DNA of 64,000 bases from an uncultured Chloroflexia bacterium (GTDB lineage Bacteria > Chloroflexota > Limnocylindria > Limnocylindrales > CSP1-4), in assembly GCA_963814115.1 (NCBI GenBank), contig CAWFBS010000008.1, positions 520,160 through 584,159 of the forward strand, read 5' to 3'. The notes under the pieces are model-generated. The model ran no database searches. It was not told the origin of the DNA and was given only the letters and a program-made list of their open reading frames with translations. The position numbers were made by a program, and so were the translations under genes. Positions within the stretch are counted from its first letter, which is position 1, and each line of letters opens with the position of its first letter. Of the stretch, positions 10,615-27,731 are shown piece by piece.

Positions 10615-10803
10615 GTGCGACGCATCCGTCGGTTCTTCGATGAATCGTGGTCGGAACTCAAGAAGGTCTCCTGGCCAACGCGCGACCAGGTCCGCAACCT
10701 CACCGTGCTCGTCTTCGCCGTGAGCGCGGCGGTCGGGCTGTTCATCGCGGCCTGGGACTTCGTCTTCACCGAGGCAGTCCGCCTCATCACGCCGGCGGCG
10801 TAG
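10615..10803 (+). CDS. secE: Preprotein translocase subunit SecE
   Basis: ELKKVSWPT motif plus a single TM helix; between trnW and nusG. Confidence 0.95.
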   Translation: MRRIRRFFDESWSELKKVSWPTRDQVRNLTVLVFAVSAAVGLFIAAWDFVFTEAVRLITPAA

Positions 10804-10814
10804 GGGGACTCGTG

Positions 10815-11378
10815 ATGACGGAGATGGTCCGCGCGCCCGAGAAGCGCTGGTTCGTGATCCACACCTACTCGGGCTACGAGAACAAGGTCAAGGCGAACCT
10901 CGAGCATCGCATCGAGTCGATGGGCATGGAGGACAAGATCTTCCAGGTGCTCGTCCCGATGGAGGACGAGATCGAGATCAAGCAGGGTCAGCGGCACACC
11001 GTCCAGAAGAAGGTGTTCCCCGGCTACGTCCTCGTCGAGATGATCTACGACCCCGAGTCGTGGTATGTCGTGCGGAACACGCCGGGCGTCACGAGCTTCG
11101 TCGGCACGGGCAACATCCCGGGCAGCCGGAGCGAGCCGATCCCGCTCGAGGAGCACGAGGTCAAGCAGATCCTCCGCCAGATGGGCGTGGAGACGCCGAA
11201 GTACCGCGTCGCGTTCACGAAGGGCCAGAGCGTCCGGGTGACCGACGGGCCGTTTGCCGAGTTCGTCGGGACGGTCGATGAAGTGGACCCGGAGCGGAAC
11301 AAGGTCAAGGTCCTCGTCAGCATCTTTGGCCGTGAGACCCCCGTCGAGCTCGACCTGCTCCAGGTCGAGAAGCTCTGA
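10815..11378 (+). CDS. nusG: Transcription termination/antitermination factor NusG
   Basis: [27 protein letters not shown] domain, FGRETPVEL; start at ATG 10815 after GGGGA. Confidence 0.97.
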   Translation: MTEMVRAPEKRWFVIHTYSGYENKVKANLEHRIESMGMEDKIFQVLVPMEDEIEIKQGQRHTVQKKVFPGYVLVEMIYDPESWYVVRNTPGVTSFVGTGNIPGSRSEPIPLEEHEVKQILRQMGVETPKYRVAFTKGQSVRVTDGPFAEFVGTVDEVDPERNKVKVLVSIFGRETPVELDLLQVEKL

Positions 11379-11399
11379 TCGAAAGGAAAACCGGCCACC

Positions 11400-11825
11400 G
11401 TGGCGAAGAAGATACGAATCGTTCTCACCCTCCAGCTTCCGGCAGGCAAGGCCACCCCGGCGCCCCCCGTCGGGACCGCGCTCGGCCCTCACGGCATCAA
11501 CATCGTCGAGTTCACCAAGAGCTACAACGAGAAGACGGCCGATAAGGCGGGCCAGATCATCCCCGCCCAGATCACCGTCTTCGAGGACCGCTCGTTCACC
11601 TTCATCCTGAAGACGCCGCCCGCCGCGGACCTGCTGCGCAAGGCAGCCGGGATCGACAAGGGGGCCGCCACCGCCAGCCGCGAGACGGCCGGGCGGGTGA
11701 CGCGCGACCAGGTCCGCGAGATCGCCTCGCAGAAGCTGGCCGACCTGAACGCGAACGACATCGAAGCCGCAATGCGGCAGGTCGAGGGAACCGCCCGCAG
11801 CATGGGCATCGAGGTCGTCGGCTAG
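11400..11825 (+). CDS. rplK: 50S ribosomal protein L11
   Basis: [21 protein letters not shown]. Confidence 0.98.
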   Translation: MAKKIRIVLTLQLPAGKATPAPPVGTALGPHGINIVEFTKSYNEKTADKAGQIIPAQITVFEDRSFTFILKTPPAADLLRKAAGIDKGAATASRETAGRVTRDQVREIASQKLADLNANDIEAAMRQVEGTARSMGIEVVG

Positions 11826-11878
11826 GCCGACGGCGACGCGTTCCGGTCGCGCTCGAACCGGACGACGACCCCGCGTCA

Positions 11879-11910
11879 CGGGGGAGGCCGGAACGCCGGC
11901 CGCCAGCACG
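11879..11910 (+). promoter_or_regulatory. Possible L1 autoregulatory mRNA site
   Basis: GGGGAG-GCCGG(aacg)CCGGC-CGCCAGCAC just upstream of the rplA SD resembles known L1-binding mimics; lower helix pairs imperfectly. Confidence 0.4.
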
Positions 11911-11921
11911 AGGAGCCAGGC

Positions 11922-12632
11922 ATGGCCCAGCACGGCAAGAAGTACCGCGAAGCGCTCAAGCTGGTCGACCGCACCCGGGCGTACGCCCCGGCCGACGCGG
12001 TCGACCTCGTCAAGCAGACCTCCATCGTCAACTTCGATCCCTCGATCGAGGCGCACCTGCGCCTGGGCGTCGATCCGCGCCACGCTGATCAGATGGTTCG
12101 CGGCACGGTGGTCCTGCCCCACGGCACCGGCAAGGTCGTCCGAGTCGCGGTCTTTGCCCAGGGCGAGAAGGCCCAGGAGGCCCTCCGCGCCGGGGCCGAC
12201 GAGGTGGGCGGTGAGGACCTCGTCAAGAAGATCGAGGGCGGCTGGCTCGAGTTCGATGTCGCGGTCGCGACGCCGGACATGATGGGGATGGTCGGCAAGC
12301 TGGGTCGCATCCTGGGTCGGCGCGGTCTGATGCCGAACCCGAAGGCGGGGACGGTCACCTTCGATCTCGAGCGCGCCATCGGCGAGGTGAAGGCCGGGCG
12401 GGTCGAGTTCAAGGTCGACAAGTCGGGGATCATCCACGTTCCCGTCGGCAAGGCAAGCTTCGACGCGGCTGCGCTCGTCGCCAACCTCGCCGTCCTGCTG
12501 GACGCGATCAACCGGGCCAAGCCCGCCGGTGCCAAGGGCACGTACCTCAAGGGCCTCACGATCGCGAGCACCATGAGCCCGGGAGTCCGCGTGGACGTCC
12601 CCGGCCTGCTCGCGGTCGCCAACGCGGCCTGA
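11922..12632 (+). CDS. rplA: 50S ribosomal protein L1
   Basis: [26 protein letters not shown]. Confidence 0.98.
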   Translation: MAQHGKKYREALKLVDRTRAYAPADAVDLVKQTSIVNFDPSIEAHLRLGVDPRHADQMVRGTVVLPHGTGKVVRVAVFAQGEKAQEALRAGADEVGGEDLVKKIEGGWLEFDVAVATPDMMGMVGKLGRILGRRGLMPNPKAGTVTFDLERAIGEVKAGRVEFKVDKSGIIHVPVGKASFDAAALVANLAVLLDAINRAKPAGAKGTYLKGLTIASTMSPGVRVDVPGLLAVANAA

Positions 12633-12669
12633 GCCAGCCAGCCTTTCGGCGCTACGCGGCGGAAGGCTG

Positions 12670-12675
12670 TACCAT
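12670..12675 (+). promoter_or_regulatory. -10 element (TACCAT) of probable rplJL promoter
   Basis: TAnnnT hexamer in the GC-rich spacer, upstream of the L10 leader; no clear -35. Confidence 0.5.
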
Positions 12676-12725
12676 CACTCGCCGCGACGGCCGAGAGGCG
12701 CGTCGCAGAACACGAAGACGGACCG

Positions 12726-12854
12726 CCGCAGACAGCCTGCGCCCGCGGACCGTCGCCCACCTTCGGGCGGGCGGACGGTCGGGGCTTGATCCGTCGGACC
12801 GGATCGGGTACCGGGCACACCGGGACCCGGGGACGCCGACGAGCACGCCGAGGC
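12726..12854 (+). ncRNA. L10 leader (ribosomal protein leader), with inserted hairpins
   Basis: CCGCAGACAGCCTGC ... GCTTGAT ... GCACGCCGAGGC follows the AGAC/UUAA/GAG layout of L10 leaders, upstream of rplJ. Confidence 0.7.
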
Positions 12855-12993
12855 AGGACGCCGGCCGCGAGCCCTCCCACCGGAGAAGCCCGCTGCGGAC
12901 CCTGCAGGACGCGAGGACGCACCGTCTGGCAGGGGATCCCGCCGGGAGGATCCACCGGGCGCGCCGGACGCGCGCAGCGCAGCAGAGGGCCGT

Positions 12994-13521
12994 ATGCCGA
13001 CCGACGCGAAGCGCGCCACCGTGGCCGAGCTTCGGGGCGACCTGTCCCGCAGCACCACGCTCGTCACCACCGAGTACCGCGGTCTGACCGTCAAGGAGAT
13101 CGCCGAGATCCGGCGCGCGCTTCGAAAGCAGAACATCACCTACCGGGTCGTGAAGAACCGCCTGATGCGGATCGCCGCCGAGCAGGAGGGGAACCCGGGC
13201 GTCGCCCCGCTCCTCCGTGGCCCATCGGCGATCGCTTTCGGGACCGGGGACGAAGCACTCGTCGCCAGGACGGTCCTGGAGGCCGTCCGACCCTACAAGC
13301 TCGTGAAGGTCACGGGCGGCGTCGTGGGCGGCGCGTCTCTTGATGCCGCGGGCGTCACCCACCTGGCCACCCTCCCATCCCGCGACGTCCTCCTCGCCCA
13401 GCTCGGCGGAGCGCTCGCCGCGCCCGCCACGCAGGTCGTCGGGCTGCTGTCCGCGAACCTGCGCAACCTGGCGTATGCGCTCACCCAGCTGCAGGAGCAG
13501 AAGGCGCACGCCGCGGCCTGA
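12994..13521 (+). CDS. rplJ: 50S ribosomal protein L10
   Basis: [29 protein letters not shown]. Confidence 0.97.
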   Translation: MPTDAKRATVAELRGDLSRSTTLVTTEYRGLTVKEIAEIRRALRKQNITYRVVKNRLMRIAAEQEGNPGVAPLLRGPSAIAFGTGDEALVARTVLEAVRPYKLVKVTGGVVGGASLDAAGVTHLATLPSRDVLLAQLGGALAAPATQVVGLLSANLRNLAYALTQLQEQKAHAAA

Positions 13522-13589
13522 GGGCCCCAAACCCGTTCGCAAACCCGCCCGCCTGCCGCGGGCAACCATCGCAAGGAGTCACGAACCCC

Positions 13590-13976
13590 ATGGCCACCCT
13601 TACCCAGGACGAGCTGCTCGACCAGATCGGCGCCATGACGCTCGTCGAGGTTGCCGACTTCATCAAGAAGTTCGAGGCGAAGTTCGGCGTCACCGCCGCC
13701 GCCCCGGTTGCCACCGCGGCGGCGCCAACTGCTGCTGCCGCCGCCGTCGAGGTCGCCGAGGAGCAGACGGAGTTCACGGCCGTTCTCGCCGAGATTGGTC
13801 CGAACAAGATCCCTGTGATCAAGGTCGTGCGCGAGCTGACTGGCCTCGGCCTCAAGGAGGCCAAGGACCTGGTCGACGCATCCCCCAAGCCTGTCAAGGA
13901 GGGCGTCACGCGCGAGGAGGCCGAGAAGATCAAGGCCGCCCTCGAGGCCCAGGGCGCGAAGGTCGAGATCAAATAG
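13590..13976 (+). CDS. rplL: 50S ribosomal protein L7/L12
   Basis: [27 protein letters not shown]. Confidence 0.98.
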   Translation: MATLTQDELLDQIGAMTLVEVADFIKKFEAKFGVTAAAPVATAAAPTAAAAAVEVAEEQTEFTAVLAEIGPNKIPVIKVVRELTGLGLKEAKDLVDASPKPVKEGVTREEAEKIKAALEAQGAKVEIK

Positions 13977-14075
13977 CGGCCGCCACGTCAGGAACGCCGG
14001 CCGGCCTCGCGGGCCCGGCCGGCCAGCGGCCGCCACGCCGGGACGGTGCCACGGACCGTCCCGGCGTCCGCGTGC

Positions 14076-14103
14076 TTGACAGAATCCGCAGGAGCGATAC
14101 AAT
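14076..14103 (+). promoter_or_regulatory. Sigma70-type promoter for rpoBC
   Basis: TTGACA-N16-TACAAT. Confidence 0.85.
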
Positions 14104-14162
14104 TTCCAATTCCGTGAGCGCGGCCCTCTATTCTCTCTCCCTCCTCGGTCAAGGAGCGGTTC

Positions 14163-17100
14163 ATGCTGCCTGTCGCTGATTCCTCGTCCCTCGCGCCATC
14201 CGGCCGGATCTCGTACGCCCGGATCTCCGAAAAGCGCGAGATCCCCAACCTGATCGAGCTCCAGGTCCGATCGTTCGCCTGGTTCATCGAACGGGGCCTG
14301 CGGGAGCTGTTCGATGAGATCAGCCCGATCAAGGACTTCACCGGCAAGGTCATGGAGCTCCAGTTCCTGGATTATGAGTTCGGCGAGCCCAAGTACTCCG
14401 AGCTCGAGTGCCGGACCCGCGACCAGACCTTCAGCAAGCCCCTGTACGTCAACGTGGAGCTCCTGATCAAGGAGACGGGCGAGATCCAGCGCCAGCGCGT
14501 CTACATGGGCGACTACCCCTGGATGACCGAGCTGGGCACGTTCATCATCAACGGCGCCGAGCGCGTCGTGGTAAGCCAGCTGGTCCGCTCGCCTGGGGTC
14601 TACTACGGCAAGGTCGAGGACCCCAGCTCCGGACGCGACCTCTACACGGCCAAGGTCATCCCCAACCGCGGCGCCTGGCTCGAGTTCGAGACCTCCAACC
14701 GCGACCTGCTCTCAGTCAAGGTTGACCGCAAGCGCAAGATCGCTGCAACCACGTTCCTGCGCGCGGTGGGCTATGAGCGCGACGAGGAGATCGCCGGCGT
14801 GTTCGCCGGCCTCGACGACAACCCCGAGCACCCATACATCGCGGCGACGCTGGACAAGGACCCGACGAATACGCAGGCCGAGGCGCTCATCGAGGTCTAC
14901 AAGAAGCTCCGCCCGGGCGATCCGCCCACCGGCGACAACGCGCGGCAGCTCGTGGAGAGCCTCTTCTTCAACTTCCGCCGCTACGACCTCGGGCGCGTCG
15001 GGCGCTACAAGTTCAACAAGAAGCTTGGCGCGATCGCGGCCCGGATGGGTTTCGAGCTTCCCCGGGAGGACCAGTCCGACCCGCATCTCGGCCGGACCAT
15101 CACCCGCGAGGACATCGCCGCGATCGTCGGGCAGCTGATCATCCTCAACAACGGCGGCGGCCAGCCGGACGACATCGACCACCTGGGGAACCGGCGCATC
15201 CGCGCCAACGGCGAGTTGATCCAGAACGCGTTCCGGATCGGGCTGCTCCGGATGGAGCGCGTGGTCCGCGAGCGGATGACGATTCAGGAGATCGACAAGG
15301 CGACCCCCAACGCCCTGATCAACATCCGGCCGGTGTCGGCGGCCATGAAGGAGTTCTTCGGCGGCAGCCAGCTCTCCCAGTTCATGGACCAGACCAATCC
15401 GCTGGCGGAGCTGACCAGCAAGCGGCGCCTCTCCGCGCTCGGCCCCGGTGGCCTGTCGCGCGAGCGCGCCGGGTTTGACGTACGCGACGTCCATCACAGC
15501 CATTACGGGCGCATCTGCCCGATCGAGACCCCGGAGGGGCCGAACATCGGCCTGATCGGCTCGCTTGCGACGTTCGGCCGGATCAACGACTACGGCTTCA
15601 TCGAGACGCCGTATCGCAAGGTGCGCCGAAGCGTCGCCTGGGACGATCCGGACGTCGCCGACTACGAAGCCGGCGCCGACCTCGTCGGCAAGGGCGGCGA
15701 GGTCCTGGTCCGGAAGGGCGAGCCGCTGGTCGGCCCCGCGGTCGCCGAGCTGAAGCGCCAGAAGGCGCGGGCATTCCCGATCCGTCCAGTCGTCACCGAC
15801 GAGATCGTCTATCTCGCCGCGGACGAAGAGGAGGAGCACCACGTCGCGCAGGCCAACGCGGCACTCGACGAGACCGGGCACTTCGTGACCGACCGCGTTC
15901 CGTGCCGGTTCCGGGACCTCTTCCCGGAGGTGGCACCGGACCGGATCGAGTACATGGACGTGAGCCCGAAGCAGGTGGTCTCGGTCGCCACGGCCCTGAT
16001 CCCGTTCCTCGAGCACGACGATGCGAACCGCGCCCTGATGGGTTCGAACATGCAGCGCCAGGCGGTCCCGCTCCTGGAGCCCGAGGCGCCCATCGTGGGT
16101 ACCGGCATGGAGCGCCGGGCGGCCCAGGATTCCGGCCAGGTGGTGCTGGCGCGAGGAGCCGGCGTCGTGACGTCGGTGACCGCCGACCGGATCCTCGTCG
16201 ACGAGGACGCCGGAGAGCTGCGGACCTACCCGCTCCAGAAGTTCGTCCGTTCCAACCAGGGAACCTGCATCAACCAGCGGCCCATCGTGGACGTCGGTCA
16301 CCGGGTCGGCGTCGGGGATCCAATCGCCGACTCCTCGTCGACGGACGGCGGCGAGCTTGCCCTCGGCCGCAACATCCTGGTCGCCTTCATGAGCTGGGAG
16401 GGCGGCAACTACGAGGACGCCATCGTCATCAGCGACCGGCTTGTCCGCGAGGACCTCTTCACCAGCATCCACATCGAGAAGCACGAGATCGAGTCGCGCG
16501 ACACGAAGCTCGGCCCCGAGGAGATCACCCGCGACATCCCGAACGTCGGAGAGGAATCGCTCAAGGACCTCGACGAGGAGGGGATCGTCTACATCGGCGC
16601 CGAGGTCCGGCCCGGCGACATCCTGGTCGGCAAGATCACCCCGAAGGGCGAGACGGAGCTGACCGCCGAGGAGCGCCTGCTGCGCGCCATCTTCGGCGAG
16701 AAGGCCCGCGAGGTGAAGGATTCCTCCCTCCGCCTTCCCCATGGCGAGCGCGGCAAGGTCGTCGACGTCAAGGTCTTCACGCGCGAGGACTCCGAGCTGA
16801 TGCCCGGCGTCAACAAGCTCGTGCGCGTGTCGGTGGCCCAGAAGCGCAAGGTCAGCGTCGGCGACAAGATGGCGGGCCGCCACGGCAACAAGGGCGTCAT
16901 CGCCAAGATCCTTCCCCAGGAGGACATGCCGTTCCTCCCGGATGGCTCACCGGTCGACATCATCCTCAACCCGCTCGGCGTGCCGAGTCGAATGAACATT
17001 GGCCAGATCCTGGAGACCCACCTTGGCTGGGCGCTCGCCACGCTCGGCTACAAGGCCGCGACGCCCGTCTTCGACGGCGCGACCGAGACCCAGATTCGCG

Positions 17101-17627
17101 ACGCCCTCCTCGAGGCTGGCCTGCCGGGCAACGGCAAGATCGACCTGCGGGACGGGCGCACCGGGGAGGGCTTCGCCCGGGACATCACCGTCGGCCAGAT
17201 CTACATGCTGAAGCTTCACCACCTGGTGGAGGACAAGATCCACGCCCGGTCCACGGGCCCCTACAGCCTGATCACCCAGCAGCCGCTCGGCGGCAAGGCC
17301 CAGTTCGGCGGCCAGCGCTTCGGTGAGATGGAGGTCTGGGCGCTCGAGGCCTACGGCGCGGCGAACATCCTGCAGGAGCTCCTCACCGTGAAGTCGGACG
17401 ACGTCATGGGCCGCGTCCAGACGTACGAAGCGATTGTCAAGGGCGAGGAGATCCAGCCGCCGGGTGTCCCCGAATCATTCAAGGTCCTGATCAAGGAACT
17501 CCAGAGCCTTGGCCTCAGCGTCGAGATCCTCAACGAGAACGACGAGGAGATCCGGTTCGTGGAGGACGTCTCCGCGTACCCGCTGCCGGACCTCGGCGGC
17601 ATCAACCTCGCCGGGTTCGAGGACTAG
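14163..17627 (+). CDS. rpoB: RNA polymerase beta subunit
   Basis: [55 protein letters not shown]. Confidence 0.99.
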   Translation: MLPVADSSSLAPSGRISYARISEKREIPNLIELQVRSFAWFIERGLRELFDEISPIKDFTGKVMELQFLDYEFGEPKYSELECRTRDQTFSKPLYVNVELLIKETGEIQRQRVYMGDYPWMTELGTFIINGAERVVVSQLVRSPGVYYGKVEDPSSGRDLYTAKVIPNRGAWLEFETSNRDLLSVKVDRKRKIAATTFLRAVGYERDEEIAGVFAGLDDNPEHPYIAATLDKDPTNTQAEALIEVYKKLRPGDPPTGDNARQLVESLFFNFRRYDLGRVGRYKFNKKLGAIAARMGFELPREDQSDPHLGRTITREDIAAIVGQLIILNNGGGQPDDIDHLGNRRIRANGELIQNAFRIGLLRMERVVRERMTIQEIDKATPNALINIRPVSAAMKEFFGGSQLSQFMDQTNPLAELTSKRRLSALGPGGLSRERAGFDVRDVHHSHYGRICPIETPEGPNIGLIGSLATFGRINDYGFIETPYRKVRRSVAWDDPDVADYEAGADLVGKGGEVLVRKGEPLVGPAVAELKRQKARAFPIRPVVTDEIVYLAADEEEEHHVAQANAALDETGHFVTDRVPCRFRDLFPEVAPDRIEYMDVSPKQVVSVATALIPFLEHDDANRALMGSNMQRQAVPLLEPEAPIVGTGMERRAAQDSGQVVLARGAGVVTSVTADRILVDEDAGELRTYPLQKFVRSNQGTCINQRPIVDVGHRVGVGDPIADSSSTDGGELALGRNILVAFMSWEGGNYEDAIVISDRLVREDLFTSIHIEKHEIESRDTKLGPEEITRDIPNVGEESLKDLDEEGIVYIGAEVRPGDILVGKITPKGETELTAEERLLRAIFGEKAREVKDSSLRLPHGERGKVVDVKVFTREDSELMPGVNKLVRVSVAQKRKVSVGDKMAGRHGNKGVIAKILPQEDMPFLPDGSPVDIILNPLGVPSRMNIGQILETHLGWALATLGYKAATPVFDGATETQIRDALLEAGLPGNGKIDLRDGRTGEGFARDITVGQIYMLKLHHLVEDKIHARSTGPYSLITQQPLGGKAQFGGQRFGEMEVWALEAYGAANILQELLTVKSDDVMGRVQTYEAIVKGEEIQPPGVPESFKVLIKELQSLGLSVEILNENDEEIRFVEDVSAYPLPDLGGINLAGFED

Positions 17628-17730
17628 CCCCGCCACCATCTCGCGGGGTTCGGTGCTCGGCCGGCCCGGCCCCGCTCGCACCCGATCCGTATCGCGCCGC
17701 TGAAGAGCCGCGGTGGCGCGGAGGAGAACC

Positions 17731-22302
<4,572 letters not shown>

Positions 22303-22306
22303 CCCA

Positions 22307-22331
22307 GGCCGGCGGGACCTTCCTGCCGGCC
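22307..22331 (+). terminator. GC-rich hairpin after rpoC (no U-tract; possible terminator or pause)
   Basis: GGCCGGCGGGA-cct-TCCTGCCGGCC, 11-bp stem 4 nt after the stop. Confidence 0.4.
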
Positions 22332-22351
22332 ATCTCCCGCGGCGGCGGCCT

Positions 22352-22381
22352 TTGACACGTCCGCAGCCCCACTGCTAAACT
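22352..22381 (+). promoter_or_regulatory. Sigma70-type promoter for str operon
   Basis: TTGACA-N18-TAAACT with TGn extension. Confidence 0.85.
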
Positions 22382-22531
22382 CCGCCTTCGCGGCCGCGAC
22401 CGGTCGGTCGTTGCCGTGTGCTCCGCCCCGCGCCACCGCGCTTGGCGGCGAGCGGCCCGAATCGATGCCCGGAACCCCCGGGGTGGCAGGGCCGCCGGAC
22501 CAGCAGATCACGAGAAAGGAACAGCGTCTTC

Positions 22532-22966
22532 GTGCCGACGATCAGCCAGCTCGTGCGCCACGGCCGCAAGCCGAAGATCTCCAAGGTCAAGGCTCCGGCA
22601 ATGCGCAAGATCTGGAACAGCCTTGACCAGCGCCAGATGCCGATCCCGGGTGCGCCCCAGAAGCGCGGTGTCTGCCTGCAGGTCCGCACGATGACGCCGA
22701 AGAAGCCGAACTCGGCCCTCCGCAAGATCGCCCGCGTCCGGCTCACCAACCAGATGGAGGTCACGGCCTACATCCCGGGGATCGGGCACAACCTCCAGGA
22801 GCACTCGGTGGTGCTCGTGCGGGGTGGCCGGGTGAAGGACCTCCCGTCCGTCAAGTACCACATCATCCGCGGCGCGCTCGACACCGCCGGCGTCCGCGAC
22901 CGCAAGCAGGGCCGCTCGAAGTACGGCGCGAAGGCGACCGCGAGCCTGCCCGGCCAGAAGAAGTAG
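22532..22966 (+). CDS. rpsL: 30S ribosomal protein S12
   Basis: GTG start MPTISQLVR; [19 protein letters not shown]. Confidence 0.98.
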   Translation: MPTISQLVRHGRKPKISKVKAPAMRKIWNSLDQRQMPIPGAPQKRGVCLQVRTMTPKKPNSALRKIARVRLTNQMEVTAYIPGIGHNLQEHSVVLVRGGRVKDLPSVKYHIIRGALDTAGVRDRKQGRSKYGAKATASLPGQKK

Positions 22967-22971
22967 GGACC

Positions 22972-23439
22972 ATGCCGCGTCGCGCCAGCATTCCCCGCAA
23001 GTCGAAGTACGAGACGATCCCGGCGAACCGGACTACCGCCCGCATCTCCGCGAAGCTGATGATGGACGGCAAGAAGATCCTCTCGAACCGCATCCTTCGC
23101 CAGGCGCTCGCGCGCGCCGAGGCCCAGGCGAAGCGGCCCGGCCTCGAGGTGCTCGAGACGGCCCTGCGCAACGCGACCCCCATCATCGAGGTCAAGCCGC
23201 GGCGCGTCGGCGGCGCCACCTACCAGGTGCCGGTCGAGATCCGTGGCGACCGCCGTCTCTCGCTCGGGGTTCGCTGGCTGGTGCAGGCCGCCCGCAAGCG
23301 GAACGGCAAGAGCATGAGCGAGAAGCTCGCCTCGGAGTTCGTGGACGCGTCCAACGGGCTCGGCGCGGCGGTCAAGCGGCGCGAGGACACCCACAAGATG
23401 GCCGAGGCCAACAAGGCCTTCAGCCACTTCAAGTGGTAG
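22972..23439 (+). CDS. rpsG: 30S ribosomal protein S7
   Basis: [26 protein letters not shown]. Confidence 0.97.
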   Translation: MPRRASIPRKSKYETIPANRTTARISAKLMMDGKKILSNRILRQALARAEAQAKRPGLEVLETALRNATPIIEVKPRRVGGATYQVPVEIRGDRRLSLGVRWLVQAARKRNGKSMSEKLASEFVDASNGLGAAVKRREDTHKMAEANKAFSHFKW

Positions 23440-23455
23440 ACCGGGAGCCCTGACC

Positions 23456-25531
23456 GTGGCCCGTCTCTACCCGCTCGACCGCACCCGGAACATCGGGATC
23501 ATCGCGCATATCGACGCGGGCAAGACCACGGTCACCGAGCGGATCCTTTTCTACACCAAGAAGATCTACAAGCTCGGCGAGGTCCACGAAGGCGCGGCGA
23601 CGATGGACTGGATGCCCCAGGAGCAGGAGCGGGGGATCACCATCACCGCCGCCGCGACAACCTGCTTCTGGAACGAGCATCGCATCAACATCATCGATAC
23701 GCCCGGGCACGTGGACTTCACGATGGAAGTCGAGCGCTCGCTCCGGGTCCTCGACGGGGCGGTCGTCGTCTTCGATGGCGTGGCCGGCGTGGAGCCGCAG
23801 TCCGAGACGGTCTGGCGCCAGGCCGATCGCTACCGGGTGCCGCGCATCTGCTTCATCAACAAGCTGGATCGGACCGGCGCCGACTTCTGGCGCTGCGTGG
23901 GGATGATCGAGGACCGCCTCGGGGCGAACGCGGTTCCGATCCAGCTCCCGATTGGCAGCGAGGACAAGTTCGCCGGCGTGATCGACCTCATCCGGATGGA
24001 GGCCATCCTCTTTCGCGACGACCTGGGCGCCGAGATCGAGGTGACGGACATCCCGGCAGCCTATCTCGACGACGCCCGGAAGCACCGCGAGCGCCTCGTC
24101 GAAGCCGTCGCCGAGATGGACGACGAGTTGATGCACAAGTACCTGGAGGGCACGGAGCTCACCCAGGAGGAGCTGGTGCGCGGCCTCCGGCTGGGAACGC
24201 TCCAGTACCGGATCGTGCCCGTCCTGACCGGGTCGGCCCTCAAGAACAAGGGCATCCAGCCCATGCTCGACGCGGTGGTCGCCTACCTCCCATCGCCGCT
24301 GGACGTCCCGCCGGTGATCGGCGAGCAGCCGCTGACCCACGCCGAGGTCCTTCGAACCGTCGACGACGGGCAGCCCTTCAGCGCGCTGGCCTTCAAGATC
24401 GCGGCCGACCCGTTCGTGGGCAAGCTGGCCTTCTTCCGGGTCTACTCGGGAACGCTGAAGGCCGGCTCGTACGTGCTCAACTCGTCCAAGGGCAAGAAGG
24501 AGCGGATCGGTCGCATCCTCCAGATGCACGCCAATCACCGCGAGGAGATCGAGGAGGTCTACGCGGGGGACATCGCCGCCGCGGTCGGCCTCAAGGAGAC
24601 CTTCACCGGCGACACCCTGGCTGACCCCGACCACCCGGTGGTCCTCGAGTCGATGACCTTCCCGGAGCCGGTCATCGAGGTCAAGATCGAGCCCAAGACG
24701 AAGATGGACCAGGACAAGATGGGCCTGGCCCTCCAGCGCCTCGCGGAGGAGGACCCGACCTTCCGCGTCAAGACGGACCCGGAGAGCGGCGAGACCCTCA
24801 TCGCAGGAATGGGCGAGCTGCACCTCGACGTCCTCGTGGACCGGATGGTCCGCGAGTTCAAGGTGGCCGCCAACATCGGCAAGCCGCAGGTCTCCTATCG
24901 CGAGACCGTCAGGCGCGCGGCCGAGGGGAACGGCCGCTTCGTCCGCCAGACCGGCGGCAAGGGGCAGTACGGCCACGTGGTGTTGAGGCTCGAGCCGGCC
25001 GAGAAGGGCTCGGGCTACGAGTTCGTCGATAAGGTCATCGGAGGGACGATCCCGCGCGAGTACATGCGCGCGATCGACCACGGCATCCACGAGGCCCTCG
25101 ACACGGGCATCTATGCCGGCTATCCGATGGTCGACGTCAAGGTCACCGTCTTCGACGGGTCGTACCACGAGGTGGACTCGAGCGAGATGGCGTTCAAGAT
25201 CGCGGCCTCGATGGCGGTCAAGCTGGCCGTCGAGAAGGCCGACCCGGTGATCCTCGAGCCGCTCATGCGGGTCGAGGTGACGATGCCGGAGCAGTTCATG
25301 GGCGACGTGATCGGCGACCTCAACAGCCGCCGCGGCCAGATCGAGGGAATGGACTCCCGTGGGACGACCCAGGTCGTCCAGGCGTTCGTCCCGCTCGCGG
25401 AGATGTTCGGGTATGCGACCGACCTGCGATCCGAAACGCAGGGCCGGGCGAGCTACTCGATGGAGCTGTCTCACTACGCCGAGGTCCCCGGCAGCATCGC
25501 CGCGGAGCTCGTCCAGAAGTCAAGGGTCTAG
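23456..25531 (+). CDS. fusA: Elongation factor G
   Basis: [30 protein letters not shown]. Confidence 0.99.
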   Translation: MARLYPLDRTRNIGIIAHIDAGKTTVTERILFYTKKIYKLGEVHEGAATMDWMPQEQERGITITAAATTCFWNEHRINIIDTPGHVDFTMEVERSLRVLDGAVVVFDGVAGVEPQSETVWRQADRYRVPRICFINKLDRTGADFWRCVGMIEDRLGANAVPIQLPIGSEDKFAGVIDLIRMEAILFRDDLGAEIEVTDIPAAYLDDARKHRERLVEAVAEMDDELMHKYLEGTELTQEELVRGLRLGTLQYRIVPVLTGSALKNKGIQPMLDAVVAYLPSPLDVPPVIGEQPLTHAEVLRTVDDGQPFSALAFKIAADPFVGKLAFFRVYSGTLKAGSYVLNSSKGKKERIGRILQMHANHREEIEEVYAGDIAAAVGLKETFTGDTLADPDHPVVLESMTFPEPVIEVKIEPKTKMDQDKMGLALQRLAEEDPTFRVKTDPESGETLIAGMGELHLDVLVDRMVREFKVAANIGKPQVSYRETVRRAAEGNGRFVRQTGGKGQYGHVVLRLEPAEKGSGYEFVDKVIGGTIPREYMRAIDHGIHEALDTGIYAGYPMVDVKVTVFDGSYHEVDSSEMAFKIAASMAVKLAVEKADPVILEPLMRVEVTMPEQFMGDVIGDLNSRRGQIEGMDSRGTTQVVQAFVPLAEMFGYATDLRSETQGRASYSMELSHYAEVPGSIAAELVQKSRV

Positions 25532-25603
25532 CACAGGCGGAGGTCCGAGGCGGGTCCAGGCGGGCCCGGCGCGGCGACGTGGAGCCAGGGAGCGCGAACA
25601 GCG

Positions 25604-26800
25604 ATGGCGAAGAAGAAGTTCGAGCGGACGAAGCCGCACGTCAACATCGGCACGATCGGCCATATCGATCACGGCAAGACGACGCTGACCGCAGCGATCA
25701 CGAAGTACCTCGCCCTCAAGGGTGGGGCGGTGTATCGCGCGTTCGACTCGATCGACAACGCCCCCGAGGAGCGCGAACGCGGCATCACGATCGCGATCGC
25801 CCACGTCGAGTACGAGACCGACGCCCGCCATTACGCCCACGTCGACTGCCCCGGGCACGCCGACTACATCAAGAACATGATCACCGGCGCCGCGCAGATG
25901 GACGGCGCGGTCCTCGTCGTGGCCGCGACCGACGGCCCGATGCCCCAGACCCGGGAGCACATCCTCCTCGCCCGCCAGGTCGAGGTCCCCTACATGGTCG
26001 TCTTCCTCAACAAGTGCGATGCGGTCGACGATCCCGAGCTGCTCGACCTCGTCGAGCTCGAGGTCCGCGAGCTCCTGACCAAGAACCACTTCCCGGGCGA
26101 CGACATCCCCGTCATCCGCGGCTCCGCGCTCAAGGCCCTCGAGGCCACCGGCGGCGTCGACGACCCGGCCTACGCCTGCATCCAGGAGCTGATGGATGCG
26201 GTCGACTCCTACATCCCGACCCCCGAGCGCCCCGTTGACAAGCCGTTCCTCATGCCGGTCGAGGACGTCTTCGGGATCAAGGGCCGCGGCACCGTGGCGA
26301 CCGGGCGCATCGAGCGCGGCGTCGTCAAGGTCGGCGACGAGGTCGAGATCGTCGGCATCCGGCCCACCCGCAAGGTCGTCGTCACCGGCGTCGAGATGTT
26401 CAAGAAGCTGCTCGACCAGGGCCAGGCCGGGGACAACGTGGGCTGCCTCCTGCGCGGCATCGAGCGCGAGGACATCGAGCGCGGCCAGGTGCTCGCCAAG
26501 GCGGGCTCCGTCAAGCCGCACACGAAGTTCACCGCCCAGGTCTACGTCCTGACCAAGGAGGAGGGCGGCCGGCACACCCCGTTCTACAACGGCTACCGGC
26601 CCCAGTTCTACCTCCGCACCACCGACGTGACCGGCGCGATCGGCCTCCCCGAGGGAGCCGAGATGATCATGCCCGGCGACAACGTCGAGATGAAGGTCGA
26701 GCTCATCACCCCGATCGCGATCGAGATCGGGCAGCGCTTCGCGATCCGCGAGGGTGGCCGAACCGTCGGCGCCGGCGCGATCGTGAGCATCGTCGAGTAG
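25604..26800 (+). CDS. tuf: Elongation factor Tu (copy in str operon, ATG start)
   Basis: Same 398-aa protein as 9116-10312. Confidence 0.99.
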   Translation: MAKKKFERTKPHVNIGTIGHIDHGKTTLTAAITKYLALKGGAVYRAFDSIDNAPEERERGITIAIAHVEYETDARHYAHVDCPGHADYIKNMITGAAQMDGAVLVVAATDGPMPQTREHILLARQVEVPYMVVFLNKCDAVDDPELLDLVELEVRELLTKNHFPGDDIPVIRGSALKALEATGGVDDPAYACIQELMDAVDSYIPTPERPVDKPFLMPVEDVFGIKGRGTVATGRIERGVVKVGDEVEIVGIRPTRKVVVTGVEMFKKLLDQGQAGDNVGCLLRGIEREDIERGQVLAKAGSVKPHTKFTAQVYVLTKEEGGRHTPFYNGYRPQFYLRTTDVTGAIGLPEGAEMIMPGDNVEMKVELITPIAIEIGQRFAIREGGRTVGAGAIVSIVE

Positions 26801-26804
26801 CCCG

Positions 26805-26807
<3 letters not shown>
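25605..26807 (+). repeat. Direct repeat copy 2 (tuf plus CCCGATG)
   Basis: Identical by eye to 9117-10319. Confidence 0.9.
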
Positions 26808-27113
<306 letters not shown>

Positions 27114-27120
27114 CGCCCGA

Positions 27121-27729
27121 ATGAGCATTGGATTGATCGGCCGCAAGGTCGGCATGACCCAGGTCTTCCAGGCCGACGGCACCATGATCCCGGTGAGCGT
27201 CGTGGCCGTGGGGCCGAACACCGTGACGCGTCTCCGGACGCCGGAACGGGACGGCTACACCGCCGTGCAGCTCGGGATCGAGCCGTCGAAGAAGCTGACC
27301 AAGCCCGAGGCGGGCCAGCTCAAGGAGCTCCCGAAGGTCGCGGTGATCCGCGAGTTTCGGCTCGAGGACGTCTCGGCGTTCGCCGTCGGGCAGACGCTCG
27401 ACGTGAACCTTTTCGCGGCCGGCGACCTCATCCACGTGACGGGGACGTCCAAGGGCAAGGGGTTCGCGGGCAACATCAAGCGGAACAACTTCCACCGCGG
27501 CCCCAAGACGCACGGTTCCGATCACCATCGTGCGCCGGGCTCCATCGGCCCGGGCACCACGCCCGGCCGGGTGTACCGGGGCATGCGCATGGCGGGCCAC
27601 ATGGGTGACGACCGCGTCACCGTCAAGAAGCTCCAAGTCGTGCGCGTGGACTCCGACCGGAACCTCCTTCTCGTGAAGGGGTCCGTGCCCGGCGCGCCGA
27701 ACGCGCTCGTCCTCGTGAAGAAGGCCTGA
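27121..27729 (+). CDS. rplC: 50S ribosomal protein L3
   Basis: [22 protein letters not shown]. Confidence 0.98.
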   Translation: MSIGLIGRKVGMTQVFQADGTMIPVSVVAVGPNTVTRLRTPERDGYTAVQLGIEPSKKLTKPEAGQLKELPKVAVIREFRLEDVSAFAVGQTLDVNLFAAGDLIHVTGTSKGKGFAGNIKRNNFHRGPKTHGSDHHRAPGSIGPGTTPGRVYRGMRMAGHMGDDRVTVKKLQVVRVDSDRNLLLVKGSVPGAPNALVLVKKA

Positions 27730-27731
27730 TC

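Noticed and set aside
13996-14023. GC hairpin after rplL as an intrinsic terminator
   Set aside because: No U-tract, and such stems arise easily at this GC content; not reported as a feature.
22532-22966. Streptomycin-resistance changes in S12
   Set aside because: The K42, K87 and D88 equivalents are intact (TPKKPNS, RVKDLP).
26801-26804. S10 leader RNA before rpsJ
   Set aside because: Only 4 nt separate tuf and rpsJ, leaving no room.
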